64,000 bases of DNA from the human T2T-CHM13v2.0 reference genome, Homo sapiens (GCF_009914755.1 NC_060932.1); one strand, 5' to 3'. Shown: positions 1-13,219, numbered from the stretch's first letter. The notes: generated from the letters alone by a model not told the origin. Made by a program: numbers and translations.

Positions 1-19
1 AAGTTCAATAAATGGCAGT

Positions 20-315
20 AATAATATTAATTGAGGGTTTATGATATGCCAGTCTGGACCCCTTCAAAAATTCACATATATCACACATTTAATCCTCTAA
101 CAACCCTATGAGTAGGTCATTTAAATGAGGATAAGTATAAATAATAAATATACAAATGATAAATATGATATAAATATAATTATACAAATAATATAGCATA
201 AATATAATGTGATCTATAAATACATAAATTAAAAAGAGAATATTAAAGCATAAAGATGCTAAATAACCTACCCCAGGCCACTAAATGGAGAAGTCTTGAG
301 TTTGTGTTTATCTCC
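20..315 (-). mobile_element. MIR SINE fragment split by an AT-rich low-complexity insert (~131-250)
   Basis: 'catttaatcctctaacaaccctatgagtagg' and 'aaataacctaccccaggccac' match the reverse MIR core. Confidence 0.6.
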
Positions 316-984
316 CCAACCCTCCTGACCCCGGAGCACCCTCTCCTGCCCTCCACACTAAACAGCTGTCACTGTTGTTGACTCATTACACAAGTTCCCT
401 GAAAATATTTAGCTCCACCTCCCACATCTGGGGAGGTGACATGGGTCTCATAGCTACATCTTTTTCTTTCCTGGATAAAATGTAGGACATCCAAGTGCTG
501 TCAGGAGGCTTGTGGCCCATGCTTGGTAAAGGAAGCCCCAAATGACTAATGCTCCTACCCCTTTTGAGAAGTTGCCACCCTCCGTGGCAAAGGCTCTGAG
601 ATTTAACGAACCACACAAATGACTTCAGCTCTGGGATGGGCAATGAAGAAGGAAACTCCTGCCTTCTGGGCAATGCAGGGCACCACGGGGCAACAGCCCC
701 TGTCACAGGGCTTCAAACAGGAGGCAAGCCGTACCACCCCAGGACTCAGGAAGTCTGGGCTTCCACTGACATTTTCTTTTAGCTGAAGGTATGGACTAGT
801 GATCCAGACAGGAATTGTTGCCTCCTTGGGTGACAGACTGGGCAGCTAAAGAAAATTTCAGCTTGATTGAAGCATAGCAAGGCAAAGAGAACCAGAAAGA
901 GAAAACCCACTTCACTTCTTTCCCAGCAGTAGACTCCATCGATGGGCTTGACCAGCTCTTAGAAAATTCTGCACTAGATTTTTA

Positions 985-1180
985 TGTTCTCGTGCATATG
1001 TTATCACTCCCTCACTAGACTACAGCTCTTTAGGGGCAGAAACTAGGTCTATAGGTCAATTTACCTTTTGCTTCCCATAGCACCACCCTCGAGCCTACAC
1101 AGTGACCATTTGGAGTTGCCCAGCATATAGAATGGGAAACGCCACATTAAGGGGAGTTGAATCTCCATAGTGAATGAAAA
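985..1180 (+). mobile_element. L2 3' end fragment
   Basis: 'cactagactacagctctttaggggcagaaactaggtct...tgcccagcatatag...tgaatgaa' is typical of the L2 3' terminus. Confidence 0.5.
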
Positions 1181-1499
1181 CAAAGGGTCAAGGAGGGAAT
1201 CCGCACTTCTTGGAAAGGTGTCACATCCAAACCAGGGTGTGTGGGACAGACACAGGGCTCTTCCTCTCTGCCCAGTCTTATGTCCCAGAGTCCCAAGAAA
1301 TATGACATTCAACATCCAATGTCTGATGTCTCTAAGTCCTCAGTGTAGGCAGCATCTCTCTGTGCTCTGCTCCACCCTGAAGGAAATCCCACCTAAGACT
1401 CCCCCCTAGAGCCTGGGCCTGGGCCTGGCCCTGAGGCGACCACTGAATACTGACATGCCTCACTATGCCAGAGAAAGCATGAGCCCGCCTTGGTGGCTG

Positions 1500-1670
1500 A
1501 GTGCAGCTGCGGCTGTTGCTTAAAAGCTTTTCCTCGTGCAATAACCTCTCATTATATTTTAATGTTGTTGTAACTTTATGGCTTAATCAGTAGTTGCAAT
1601 TTGTTAGTAGCCTGGGCGGCCATAAAATTGTTTTCCAGGTACTGAAACATCCCATCAAGGTTTGTAAAGC
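1500..1670. promoter_or_regulatory. Candidate enhancer with HOX/CDX motifs
   Basis: Repeat-free; TTTATGGC 1575-1582 and GGCCATAAAA 1618-1627. Motif inference only. Confidence 0.3.
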
Positions 1671-2621
1671 AGTGGTTCTTAGTTTATCACACCCATAAAA
1701 TGCCCTGGCAATTTGACAGATATAATAACTTTTTTAATCAAGTGTCTAATTTGAGAGGAAATTAAGCCATACGTTACATGCAGCTCGCACTGGGCTTGGA
1801 ACTCTTCAGCCTCCCAGTCTCTCAGGGATGCCCCTCTCCTCACCCTATCTGTCCTCTTCAGCCAAGGGCTGGATTTCCTTCTTGCCCCTTGTACAGGGCT
1901 TGCTGCCACCTCTGCAGAGCTGGGGGCCAATGGTCGTGGGTCTGCCATGTGGCCTGTGCAGGCGTCCTTGATGAGACAGTGCTTTTGCACTGAGGATCCA
2001 GCAATGACTGGGAAATTGGTCCCCAGAAAGAGAGCTAAAGCCCTGTTAATCCCATCCCTGTGTCTCCCAGCAAGTTGATGCACCCTGGGCCTAATCCCAT
2101 CATGGGTCTACATGTGAAAGGAACCACGTTGGCTCTCTGCCCTTCTCTTACCAAGCTCATCCCCATTCTCCAAAGATATTTAACCTCTCATGCTTTTCTT
2201 CATATTCTGTCCAAGTCACCGAGAGAGAGCAATTACATCAGAAAGGTACAAAGAAAAATAAATGATTCTCCTTGCCAGTTACATGGGTTTGCTCCTCCCT
2301 GCCATTTTCCAGTGTTCATTTATCTTGGGATAATGTTGAACCAAAGAGCAGTTTTGGTCACACGTTATGTTGCATGTGTATATATCCCACACAGGGGTAC
2401 CCCACCCAGGCCCAAATTATAACTAACTCACCAATGCCTAGCATCAACTTTTCATGCGGCCCAGAAACTTGAGTCAAGCTGATTTCCCCTCCAGCCCTAT
2501 TCTGCACAGTCAATAGTGCCACTGGTGGTGAACAGTTCTGGCTTTCCAACATTTAACTGCAAAAGCTATGTCCCACCATGACACCCAGCCTCAGACAGTC
2601 ATATTAAAAAATGGGGCCTGG

Positions 2622-2925
2622 GGCCAAGCATAGTGGCTCAAACCTGTAATCCCAGCACTTTGGGAGGCCAAGGAGGGCAGATCACTAGGGGCCAGGAGTT
2701 CAAGAACAGTCTGGCCACCATGGTGAAATCCCATCTCTAATAAGAATACCAAAAGTATCCTGGTGTGATGGTGCATGCCTGTAATTCCAGCTACTTGGGA
2801 GGCTGAGGCACAAGAACCACTTGAGCCCAGGAGGCAGGCAGAGGTTGCAGTGAGCCAAGATTGTGCCACTGCTCTCCAACCTGGGTGACAGAGTAAGACT
2901 CTCTCTCAAAGAAAAGAAAAGAAAA
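2622..2925 (+). mobile_element. Alu (old S or J class)
   Basis: Full dimer, A-rich tail, degenerate TSD aaaatggggcctgg / aaaatgggatctgg. Confidence 0.95.
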
Positions 2926-3189
2926 TGGGATCTGGACCACCTCACATTGTTCGTTACCATTTGGTTGGCATTTACTGAGCAACCACTATGTGGCCAGTGG
3001 CATTCTAATCTCTGAGGGATCTAAAGACAGTAAAGACAGAGTCTTTGCCGCTCTTAAAAAACTGGCAAGAAAGGCAAAGATCAGAACTGCAATAGAGCTA
3101 TGAAAACACAGAAAAGAACCACAGCTTGACCTTGGATGGGGGACATGACTCCAGAGAGGGCTTCTTGGTGGTGACAGCCCTTGACACAG

Positions 3190-3262
3190 GTGTGTGTGTG
3201 AATGTATATATGTATATATGTATGTATATGTGTATGTATGTATATATATGTGTATATATATA
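3190..3262. repeat. Compound (TG)n/(TA)n/(TATG)n microsatellite
   Basis: Directly visible. Confidence 0.9.
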
Positions 3263-3679
3263 AATTAAAACTAGCCTGGTACACAAGGATGCAGAGGAAG
3301 GACTTTTGATGCAGAAGGATCTGCAGATTTGCAAATACAAAATTTCAGACAAAGAAGACTATGGAAAACATGAAAAAGAGCCAGAAAGCAACATGGCAGT
3401 AAAGAGGCTGTGCATGGGCTGTGGGCTCTAGGCTGTGGCCAGAAGACACCTGCAAACGTAGGGAAGGGCCAGGTTCATAGCTCTCTGCTATGCCAGGCTG
3501 AGGAGACTGAGACTGATTCAAAAATTGTTGGGAAACATCAGAGGATCTTAGGCTTGGCGGTCACATGATCACAATAGAATTTTAGATCATAATGGCATCA
3601 AAGTAATGAAGACCTAAACAGAGCTGGGGAGTCAGGCTGCAGAAGATCATTGTCATTTGGGGGCAGCATACCACACAAT

Positions 3680-4600
3680 ACTGTCCTCCACATCCCCATT
3701 TCCATCTTCCTATTAGCACCCTGACCTCCCTTTCAGTGGAAACTCCTTATTTTGTGTGGTCCTGAAGGGAGACCACTGCTGCTTTCTATCATAGAAGGGG
3801 CAAGATTCTCTGCCTCACCTGCCAGAGTAGCCAGGAGTGGACGACAGGCACAGTCAATCCAACACTCCCCTCTAGAAATGTTGACTTTTGAGTGGGTAAC
3901 TAAACAGCACACTTTTCACAGGCTGTGGCAGATTGTATTTTCCAAAAATGACCACAGCAATATTTCCAATTCCACATGCTGTTCCACAGTCTTGCTACTC
4001 TCCAACAAGAGGTAGAGTTTATTTCTCCTCTGGAATCAAAGCAATGGAAGTAACACTGCAAGACTTCAGAGACTACATCATGAAAAGTGAGATGGCTTCC
4101 ATCTGGCTCATTCTCTCTTGAGAGGCTTGCCCTGGGAACCTAGCCACCACGTTGCAGGGAAGCCCAGACCACACAGAGCAGCCATGTGTAGGTAGGTGTC
4201 CCGGCCAACAATCCCAGCTAAGATTCCAGCTGACAGCCAGCATTGACCATCAGACTTGTGAAGGAGGGAGCCTTTGGGAGACTTCAGGCCCCACCCTTCC
4301 AGCCACCCCAGCTAACTCCACGTAGAGCAAAGACAAGCTGCTCCCTGTAAGCCATGCCCAAATTGCCTATTCATGAGCAAAATAAACATTGTCATTTTAA
4401 GTAATTGAGTGCGGGGTGCTTTGTTCCACAGAAACAGATCACTGGAATGGGGACCTTGACTGAGGATCCAACTGTGTAATATTTAGAGGTCTCTTAACTC
4501 CTAGCTATTTTCTAGTCCTGACTTTCTGGCTTCCCCCTACTATTTTAAGCACAAAATATATTTGGCGACAGCAATACTGAGTTTCTGTTGCTTGCAACCA
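3680..4600 (+). mobile_element. Old ERVL-type LTR remnant split by the MLT1H-like insertion
   Basis: 3' motif 'gagtttctgttgcttgcaacca' (~4580-4600); family uncertain. Confidence 0.35.
3924..4450 (+). mobile_element. MaLR LTR, MLT1H-like
   Basis: Starts 'tgtggcagattgtattttccaaaaatgaccac'; 'ccagctgacagccagc', 'atgagcaaaataaa' poly(A) signal region. Confidence 0.75.
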
Positions 4601-5233
4601 CTACCCCCAGCCAAGGAAGGGCACACGGCCATGGTCCAGGGGAGGAATGCTGAGGGCCTGAGGATAGACATGGTGGGGAAGGTTTGGAGCTGATAAACAT
4701 ACAGGGCACAGAATCCACCAGGACTTGAGGAAGATACAGGAAATGATGGAGGCAAGAAGGCTTCTCAGATTTCTAACTGGACCACTGGGCAGATGTTCAT
4801 GCCATTCAATGAGAAAGGTATTCCAAGGAGAGAAAGGAGCTTTCAGGGAACGAACACACGTAAACTCATTACAAGCGCGGTTATCAACCTGAAGATTTTG
4901 GGATACCAGTGGGAGGCACACATGGATCTGGAATACAGAAGGGTGCCACTGTAGCTTTCCAGCTTCCCCGCGTCACTTAGGACAGACAACGCTAGAAACC
5001 AGGAAGAGTCTACTAGGGATACAGAAATCTGAGGGAAGCTGAATGCTATCCCTGTTCATGCTAAATCTCTAACTTTCACAAGTGCGCTCCATCAGGGGTG
5101 GGGGCACATAGGGGTGTGTGCATGTGTCTGAAAAGGCATACAGGTGAATATTCATGCTTTCTCAGTCCGAGACTGAAAGGGGAGCTAGATCTTTCATTTA
5201 TTTCCCACTCCTCCACAGCATCTTATGAACCTA

Positions 5234-5481
5234 CTCTAAAGGTTAAGAACCGACTTAATATAAGCACAAGAATAACTGTGCATTTATGTAAAGCCTTCCT
5301 CCAAGGAGCTCTCGGCACTCTGCAGATAATGGACTTATTTATCCTTAGAGCACCTCTGTGAGGCAGTTACAGGACAGGGGTGACCAGGCTCATGTCATAA
5401 ATAATGTCAGGAACAACACGAAGCCCAGCCAGCCTACAACTCTGAGGCTGAGCAAGATGGGGTGGGCCCAAGGTCACCCAG
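5234..5481 (-). repeat. Arm A of long-range inverted repeat (ancient MIR-class SINE derivative)
   Basis: Reverse complement of 16289-16538 at ~92% identity by manual alignment; 72 bp perfect at 5319-5390. Confidence 0.95.
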
Positions 5482-5705
5482 CAAGTTAGGAACAGGATGA
5501 GCCTCCGTGCTGTGATGGCATGACTCACATTCTCTCTGAATGTCCCCTGGGCCTGCTCAGCCCTGTCACCTGTGTGGTGACTCTGTGGTGGTAAGGAGTT
5601 AAGAGATAAATCTACCAGGCGGACTGGTTAGGACAGGTCAGCACCTCCTTTTCCAGCCAAGCAGTTCCTCACATGCCAACAGGCACAAACCCAGAGACAG
5701 AATCC

Positions 5706-5747
5706 ACACAAGTCGTTGGGAAACTGATACAAGTCGTTGGGAAACTG
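5706..5747. repeat. 21-bp tandem duplication
   Basis: acacaagtcgttgggaaactg / atacaagtcgttgggaaactg. Confidence 0.95.
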
Positions 5748-5949
5748 GCCTGACCAACTCGGCTGTAGAAAAATAGTCCCATCACAAGGAATTGCAAATC
5801 AATAGAGAGGAAAACATCTCCAGTCTCACACACAGAGACCAGTTCCTGCCCTGTGAAAGCTGCAGCAACGCTGATCATAAAAAGCCCCCTCTTGGCCAGA
5901 ATGGGTTGGCTCCAGAGGCTCCAAGAGAAAACAGAAGTTGAGTAAGAGC

Positions 5950-6330
5950 AATATACTGTATTTGTTTAAATTTCATGCCAGTGAATGTCTGTGACGCAGG
6001 AGACAGGTTTATGGAGAGAGAAATAAAATGTTGACAAATGGCCCTGTAATCAACTGGAACATGCAATAAATCATTAGAATGCCAATAACACTTCCAGGAC
6101 AAGCTTAGAAAGGTCATTACTGTGTCACAATATATCTTCCAGCACCAAACAAAGCAAACAGAACATGTTGGGAATAGGATTATGGGGGAAGCATCTGTCA
6201 GTCCTAATTAAGAATTAACTACAGATCGTATCTTGGGAGATGTATAATTTATTTTCCCTCTTCTTCCTCCCTATGCGCTCACAAAAAGAAAAATAAATCA
6301 ATAAAAAATTTAACCCATTCTGGATCAGAC
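5950..6330. promoter_or_regulatory. Candidate enhancer with PBX-HOX-like motifs
   Basis: TTTATGG 6008-6014, CAATAAATCA 6064-6073, AATAAATCAATAAAA 6292-6306; repeat-free. Confidence 0.35.
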
Positions 6331-6638
6331 ATGATGTCGAAGTAGGAGGCAAGAAGCACCTCCAGGGAGAGCCAAGACCCTGGGAGGGCGGAGAGCAGGG
6401 CAGGCAGGAGCAGACAGGCACGAAGGAGGGTGGGACAGAGAGCTGGAGAGCTCCAGTCGGCCCAGGCACTGGAAGCTTTTCTCTTTGCCCCAGCCCAGCC
6501 CAAGACACTCAGTTTTACACCCTCGGGAAAGTTGGGGTTATTTAATACTTTGACAATGAAGTCTCATGAGCTAGAAAGAGGCAACACGAAGGTTGGAAGT
6601 TAAAAAAACAAAAAGGTGCCAAGTTCTTTCTACCTGAA

Positions 6639-7130
6639 TGTACCAGTTAAGATTGAATTTGGCTGCAAGTACAAAAAACTCAACTCACAGCGACTTACAC
6701 AAAGAAGTATTTATTTTTTCTCACATAACGGAAGTCCAGAGGTGGGAGGTGCCGGATCAGTTTTCTAAATGTCTGTTTTAGAATCTCGTAGGGATTGGCT
6801 TTTGCCCTGTTTGACTCTATAGTCACAAGATGGCTGCTGCAGCTCCAGACACCGTATCCATGTTCAAGGGGAAAACAGAGGAGAAAAGACAGCTCCAGCC
6901 TTCATTATCCCTGATATCAGGAAAGCCACAGTTTTCACAGCACCACCCCCACTCCTACACCAGCAGCAAATTAGGCATTTATCTCATTAACCAGAATTGT
7001 CTCATATGGTTCCCAAAGAGCCTGAGACATGAAATAGACACCTTGTCACCCCCCAAAGAAAGCTGAGGTTCTGTTTATGGGCAAAGAAAGAGGAATGGAT
7101 TTTGTGTCATTAATTAGCAGGGTTTGCCAT
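6639..7130 (-). mobile_element. MaLR LTR, MLT1K/L-like
   Basis: 'tgtaccagttaagattgaatttggctgcaagt', 'cacaagatggctgctgcagctccag'. Confidence 0.65.
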
Positions 7131-7597
7131 GCTGGTAAAGTGGGATATGGGGCGATGCAGGCTCCCTGCAAAGGAAGAGCCAGTTGTGTGCGTGTGTGTG
7201 TTTGCAACATGCTCTCTGCAGAAATGGTCTTTATCGCACAGGGAGAAAGTGCTGGGGCTCTAAGCCCTGCTCCCACAGCACTGCCCTGCCACGATTGCTC
7301 CAACTGTGCACGTCCACCGCAGACCCAGCATGTTCTAATTTTGTTGTACTCCTTTCTAAAACGGGCAGAGTCCACTTTGCTGAGCCTTAAAGGAACTCGG
7401 GGTATTCAGAGGAAAGTCAATTCAGCCATCTGAGTAGCACCAAAGGATAGAGGAGAAAATATCCACTCCTTCCCCAGAGACCTTGCTCCCAGTGGTGCTT
7501 CCATCAGTGGAAGCTGCTCAGAAGGTTTCAAGAGGTCTTTTGTTGTCTACCTGGGTTTTGCTTTTCTCCAAGCAGCTTCTTATGCTTTCCTCTGTGG

Positions 7598-7598
<1 letters not shown>

Positions 7599-7629
<31 letters not shown>
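7599..7629. repeat. (TG)15 microsatellite
   Basis: Directly visible. Confidence 0.95.
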
Positions 7630-7632
<3 letters not shown>

Positions 7633-8439
7633 CAGGTGTAAGTGTCTTTCTTTCTAATTGCCCCAGCCACTTGCCCACTTCTCCCATGAGCTGGGCCCCA
7701 TCCTGTGATCAAGGCGACTTCCCCAGACTTGCTCAGTGAGGTTTGCACACACCACCTCCCTCTTTGTGTACTGATGACTATTACCGTCATTAATAGCGTG
7801 GCTGTTGTTTTTGCTCTCGCTCCTTCTTCCTGCCTTCCCTTCTCGGGTCTCTTTTTCTGCTTGAGTTTGCATTTCTCCTTTTATTTTATTTTATTTTTTT
7901 CTGCTGACAGAGACAAGAGCTCGTCCTAGTTCACCATTTCAGGATTTGTTGCAAAATTCAAGGTACAGGTTTATGGCTGCTGGTGTCTTGGTTATAGTAC
8001 AGTTCTTATGGGTCCTAATAAACTCAGCTGCTCTAGGGAACTCTTAAATTCCAGTATGAAAGATAGAAAAGGCATTATTTAGTTCCTGGTACATTCAGAG
8101 ATCCTCATCCTTGAAGGCTGAGGATAATGTTTCTTTCTTGGGGGAGCAAAAGCCCATAACTCTTGAATGCTGCCCAGGAACTAGAGGGTAAAAGAAGAGT
8201 TCTTTTCTCCTTCCCAGTTGCTAGATGGATGGCAAATGAGAGACAGGGTTGGAGCTAGAAAGACAGTCACAAACCGAGGACTGAAATGCAGTAGTATTTT
8301 CTTTTTCCTTTTTTTTTTTTTTCCAATCTCAAAAAGCCTATCCTTAGATGCTGAGCATGCAGTTGGGTTAAGACAAACTGGGCTGGTTGAAAATCCCACA
8401 CAGTTCCATTCTGCACAAACATAGGCTGTGGCCCTCCAT

Positions 8440-8604
8440 GGGGCAGCCCCTGAGATATGCCTAGAACAGCCATAATCACATGCTTTTGTACTATTTTTTA
8501 ATATTTTTATTTTGTATTATTTTTTAATATCTCAGGGGCAGCCCCTGAGATATGCCTAGAACAGCCATAATCACATTCTTTTGTATTCGTTTTTAATATT
8601 TTTA
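8440..8604. repeat. ~70-bp direct duplication (8440-8509 / 8535-8604) with hairpin junction
   Basis: ggggcagcccctgagatatgcctagaacagccataatcacat occurs twice; junction atatctcagggg-cag-cccctgagatat at 8527-8553. Confidence 0.95.
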
Positions 8605-8882
8605 GATTCGAAGTCTCTCTGGGTCACCCATGCTGGAGTGCAGTGGCACAATCATAGCTCACTGCAGCCTTGAACTCCTGGCCTCAAGTGATCCTCTCAC
8701 CTCAGCTTCCCAAGCAGCTTGAACTATAGGCACATATGAACACAACTGGCTAATTTTCTTATCTTTTGTAGAGACAGGGTCTTCCTGTGTTGCCCAAGCT
8801 GGTCTCAAACTCTTGGGCTCAAGGGATCCTCCTGCTTCAACCTCCTGAGTAGCTGCGATTACAGGTGTGAGCCATCATGCCC
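8579..8882 (-). mobile_element. AluJ
   Basis: J-type 'atcatagctcactgcagccttgaactcctgg'; TSD cataatcacattct / cataatcacgttct (8884-8897). Confidence 0.92.
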
Positions 8883-8914
8883 TCATAATCACGTTCTGAA
8901 ACAGCACTTCACAA

Positions 8915-9110
8915 AATGCTTCTGCTTATTTCTTTCTTAAGATCCTCTAACAAATCTGGCTGTGACTCCTTTAACGCACATGAGGAAACCATGGCTGATG
9001 GTGCGTAGTTATTTGCTCAAGGTCACATAGCTGGTTAAGTGTCAGCTGAGACTCAAACCCAAATTGCTGTCACATAATCCAGGGCTGATTCCATGTTCCC
9101 AAGCTGCCCC
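8915..9110 (-). mobile_element. MIR
   Basis: 'atgaggaaacc...ttatttgctcaaggtcacatagctggttaagtgtcagctgagactcaaaccca'. Confidence 0.7.
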
Positions 9111-9279
9111 TCTTGAAGTATCTATGCCCACCTCTAGAAATTGCTAGTGAGAGACTGCTTTGTGGAATGAAGTGAGTACTGACCTATGGAGTCACTGCGT
9201 CCAGACAGAGCAAGTGCTCTTGGGAAAGTCACACCACCTCTCTTGGTTTCAGCTTCCTGATTTAGAAAATGAAGGATCA

Positions 9280-9575
9280 GCTGGGCTGGTGGCTTACACC
9301 TGTAATCCCAGCACTTTGGGAGGCCGAGGCAGGTGGATCATGAGGTCAGGAGATCGAGACCATCCTGGCTAACATGGTGAAAAACCCCGTCTCTACTGAA
9401 AATACAAAAAATTAGCCAGGCATGGTGGCACGTGCCAGTAGTCCCAGCAACTCAGGAGGCTGAGGTAAGAGAATTGCTTGAACCCAGGAGACGGAGATTG
9501 CAGTGAACCGAGATCACACCACTGCACTCCAGCCTGGGCAACAGAGTGAGACTCTGTCTTAAGAGAAAAAATAAA
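9280..9575 (+). mobile_element. AluSc-like, inserted in a MIR (~9160-9279)
   Basis: 'ggatcatgaggtcaggagatcgagaccatcctggctaac'; TSD agaaaatgaaggatca 9264-9279 / agaaaacgaaggatca 9576-9591. Confidence 0.95.
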
Positions 9576-10139
9576 AGAAAACGAAGGATCACAGTCACAA
9601 TGCAAGATCCTAGAATGCCTCAGGGCCTACTGTGTGAGAGGGGACTGTCCTGTCCCTCTTTTATGTCTTAGATATTAAAGTTCTATGTAAATTTGATGAT
9701 GTGCACAAGATTCTACTTAATTTAAAAGTTTTTCATGTCTAAGGGCACTTGAGCTAGACATTCTCTGAGATCCCATGCCTTGTCCGTGCCGTCATCAGCA
9801 CCAATGAAATATCTGTAACTGTGCACTTGCAGAGGTCTTGGCCTGGTGCCTGGCAGGAAGCTGGTGCTCAAAGATGGCAGCCATGAACCATTGCCCACTC
9901 ATAATGAACCCCCATGGAAGGGTTCTCTCCTGGACATGGTGAGGGGTTTCTGAGAGCAGGGTTAGGCATGCTGCTGGCTGATAGGGCTTGTAGTCTAAGA
10001 GATGACCTTTGGTTTTTTTCTTGAGGATTTGACATCTGAGGCCATACCCTCATGCCATAAGATTTGTCTTCAGTTACAGTTCCAAACTTTGTTTCCCCTG
10101 TCTCCAACACAGATGAAGAAAACTGGAGTGAGTTAGCCT

Positions 10140-10420
10140 GCAGAATGATTTTTTATTAATAAAGTGGTGCAATTTGGAGTGGTATTTCAGGTCACCTTAA
10201 GCTCTCCGGTAAAACCTGGATTTTGCATTAAGTGGAAACTATTAGTATTCGGAAATGCTTTAGCATGAGAGTGGCCGTGTGACCGTGACCTCTGTGTTTA
10301 TGTAAACGTGTTTTCATTACCACCGCGCCTGGGGTGGAAAGGGGGAGCTGGAAGAAGAGAAAGCCACTGCTTGTTAACGCTGTCCTTGCGAATGTTCTTT
10401 GATTAGCAGAAGCTCAGGTC
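10140..10420. promoter_or_regulatory. Candidate enhancer (nuclear-receptor DR0 plus paired FOX sites)
   Basis: TGACCG-TGACCT 10280-10291, TGTTTAT-GTAAAC 10295-10307; retained CpGs. Confidence 0.3.
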
Positions 10421-10605
10421 TAAGGGGGTCGAACACTGCATGCTGGCTGTGAATCACTCCCTTCGCAGCATGTGTGCCTGGCTAGAGGACACCAGGGCAG
10501 CGGATCCTGGCCCAGGAACATGATGTGCAGACTCGTTTGCCCTCCACTTGGAGCTTACCTCCAATCGTCCTGGATTCTTTTGTCCCACCCCCTAGGAACT
10601 AGCTT

Positions 10606-10931
10606 GGAGGTCAGCCAACTACTGCCCAAAACTGGCCCACTACCTATTTTTGTACAACCCTCGTGCTAAGAATGATTTTTGCATTTTTTAATGTTGCAAA
10701 AAAATCAAAAGAAGAATATTTTATGACGTGAAAATGCCACGCGATTCTAATTTCAGTGTCCATTAATAAAGTTTTATTAGAACACAGCCACACTCATTCA
10801 TTCACTTACGGTCTGTGGCTGCTTTCCTGCTGTAATGGCAAGGTTGAGTAATTGTGACAGAGACCATATGACCTCCAAAGCCTAAAAGAGTTGCCATGTA
10901 GGCTTTTGTAGATACAGTGTGCCAACCCCTA
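10606..10931. mobile_element. MER58B-like hAT-Charlie MITE
   Basis: Termini 'gaggtcagccaact...gtgccaacccct'; 'aataaagttttattagaacacagccac'. Confidence 0.85.
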
Positions 10932-11139
10932 ACCAAGTCCAACATTTGTTCCTCTTTCAATTCCTTTGGCAATCACTCATCAACACCTCAAGACTTCCTC
11001 CATAACATTTAGGGAATCCACCCTCACTGCTCACTACTAGTTAAGAACCCAGCATCTCCAAACAGGACGCTGGCAACAACTTCCAGATGAGCCTCCCAAT
11101 TTCCAGACTCTGCTACCTGGGACATCTCATTGGTGTCTC

Positions 11140-12071
<932 letters not shown>

Positions 12072-13219
12072 AATACCGGTATTTTCTATGATCATCCGTG
12101 GAAAATTCAAGTTTCACCATGTCATTCCTCCACCCAGAAGACATCAGTGGCTTTTCATCACTGGTCAAATGGTGCCCAAACTCCTGAGCACAGTGTACAC
12201 AGGTCCTCTGTGTTCTGATCCCCATCAACTTGTGTCCAGCCATAGCTCTCTGTACTCCAGGCCTCACAGGTTCTGCTGTAACAAATCGTAGTTGCTCACC
12301 ATTTCCCCCATACCTTTTGCTGTTTCTTGTCCCCAGCATTGCCTTCAGAGACTCCGCTTCTATTTCACCTCCTCCAAGAGGTCTTCTCTGACTGCCCACA
12401 TCATACTTTGTGCAAGGCTCCAACCCCACTTCCTTTGTCAAATCCAGTCTGTTGTTGACTTGCTCTGCCACCCTTAGCTGGTGAGCTACTTGAGAATGTA
12501 GGGAGATCTCAGGGGTTAACTTGGGAGAGAGGAGAGACTATTTTCAGAGGACATATCAGGAAAGGCTTCTTGGTGTAAAGCCCTTTTAAGATGAGCCTTG
12601 GAGACTGGGTAGGACAAGAGCTGGCTTTAGTCATTGCCTGACTGTGCCTGACTCATTTAGGTCTTTCCTAAATGTTTGTTGACTGAATTAAGTGCTTGGT
12701 AAATGACTTTAATCCATTCATCCCTCCAGAAAACTGTAGCATTATATGAGTTCAAGTTTCAGCTTGAAAGATAATTTCATGCCCTGCACCTTTGAATTAA
12801 TGATTTCAGACTGAAATATGGTTCCAGGCACCCAAGAAAACAGAGAGAGATGTTTGAGGGGACTCCTCATGCCTGCAAGATACCGAGACACAGTGACCTG
12901 CTTCACCCCCCTGCTCCAAAACCCTCAGGGCTCCTCCTGCCTATATGACAAAGGCTAAGCTCCCAGAAACCACTTCCAACCTTGTCTCCCCTCACTTCCC
13001 TCCCTGCACCCTGCGACATATTGCACAGAATCACGACGGCCTCTCCTGAGTAAGTTCAGACAGACTGTATCACGGACAATGCTTTGCCAGGCAAGTTGTT
13101 ACCATTATTGGAGGGAGAGCTGAATCGGATAATTTATGTGGAAACACTCTGCCTTCAAATGGGAGTCATACTTTTTCCCTTTTTCAAAAAGGGCATTCCT
13201 CTTGGTTCTCCCCCACTCA

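Larger units (their letters stand above)
2960..4945 (-). mobile_element. Fragmented L2 hosting nested LTR insertions (L2 pieces ~2960-3180, 3270-3660, 4600-4945)
   Basis: 'gcatttactgagcaaccactatgtg' is a reversed L2 3' end; purine-rich L2 body resumes after the insertions. Confidence 0.55.
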
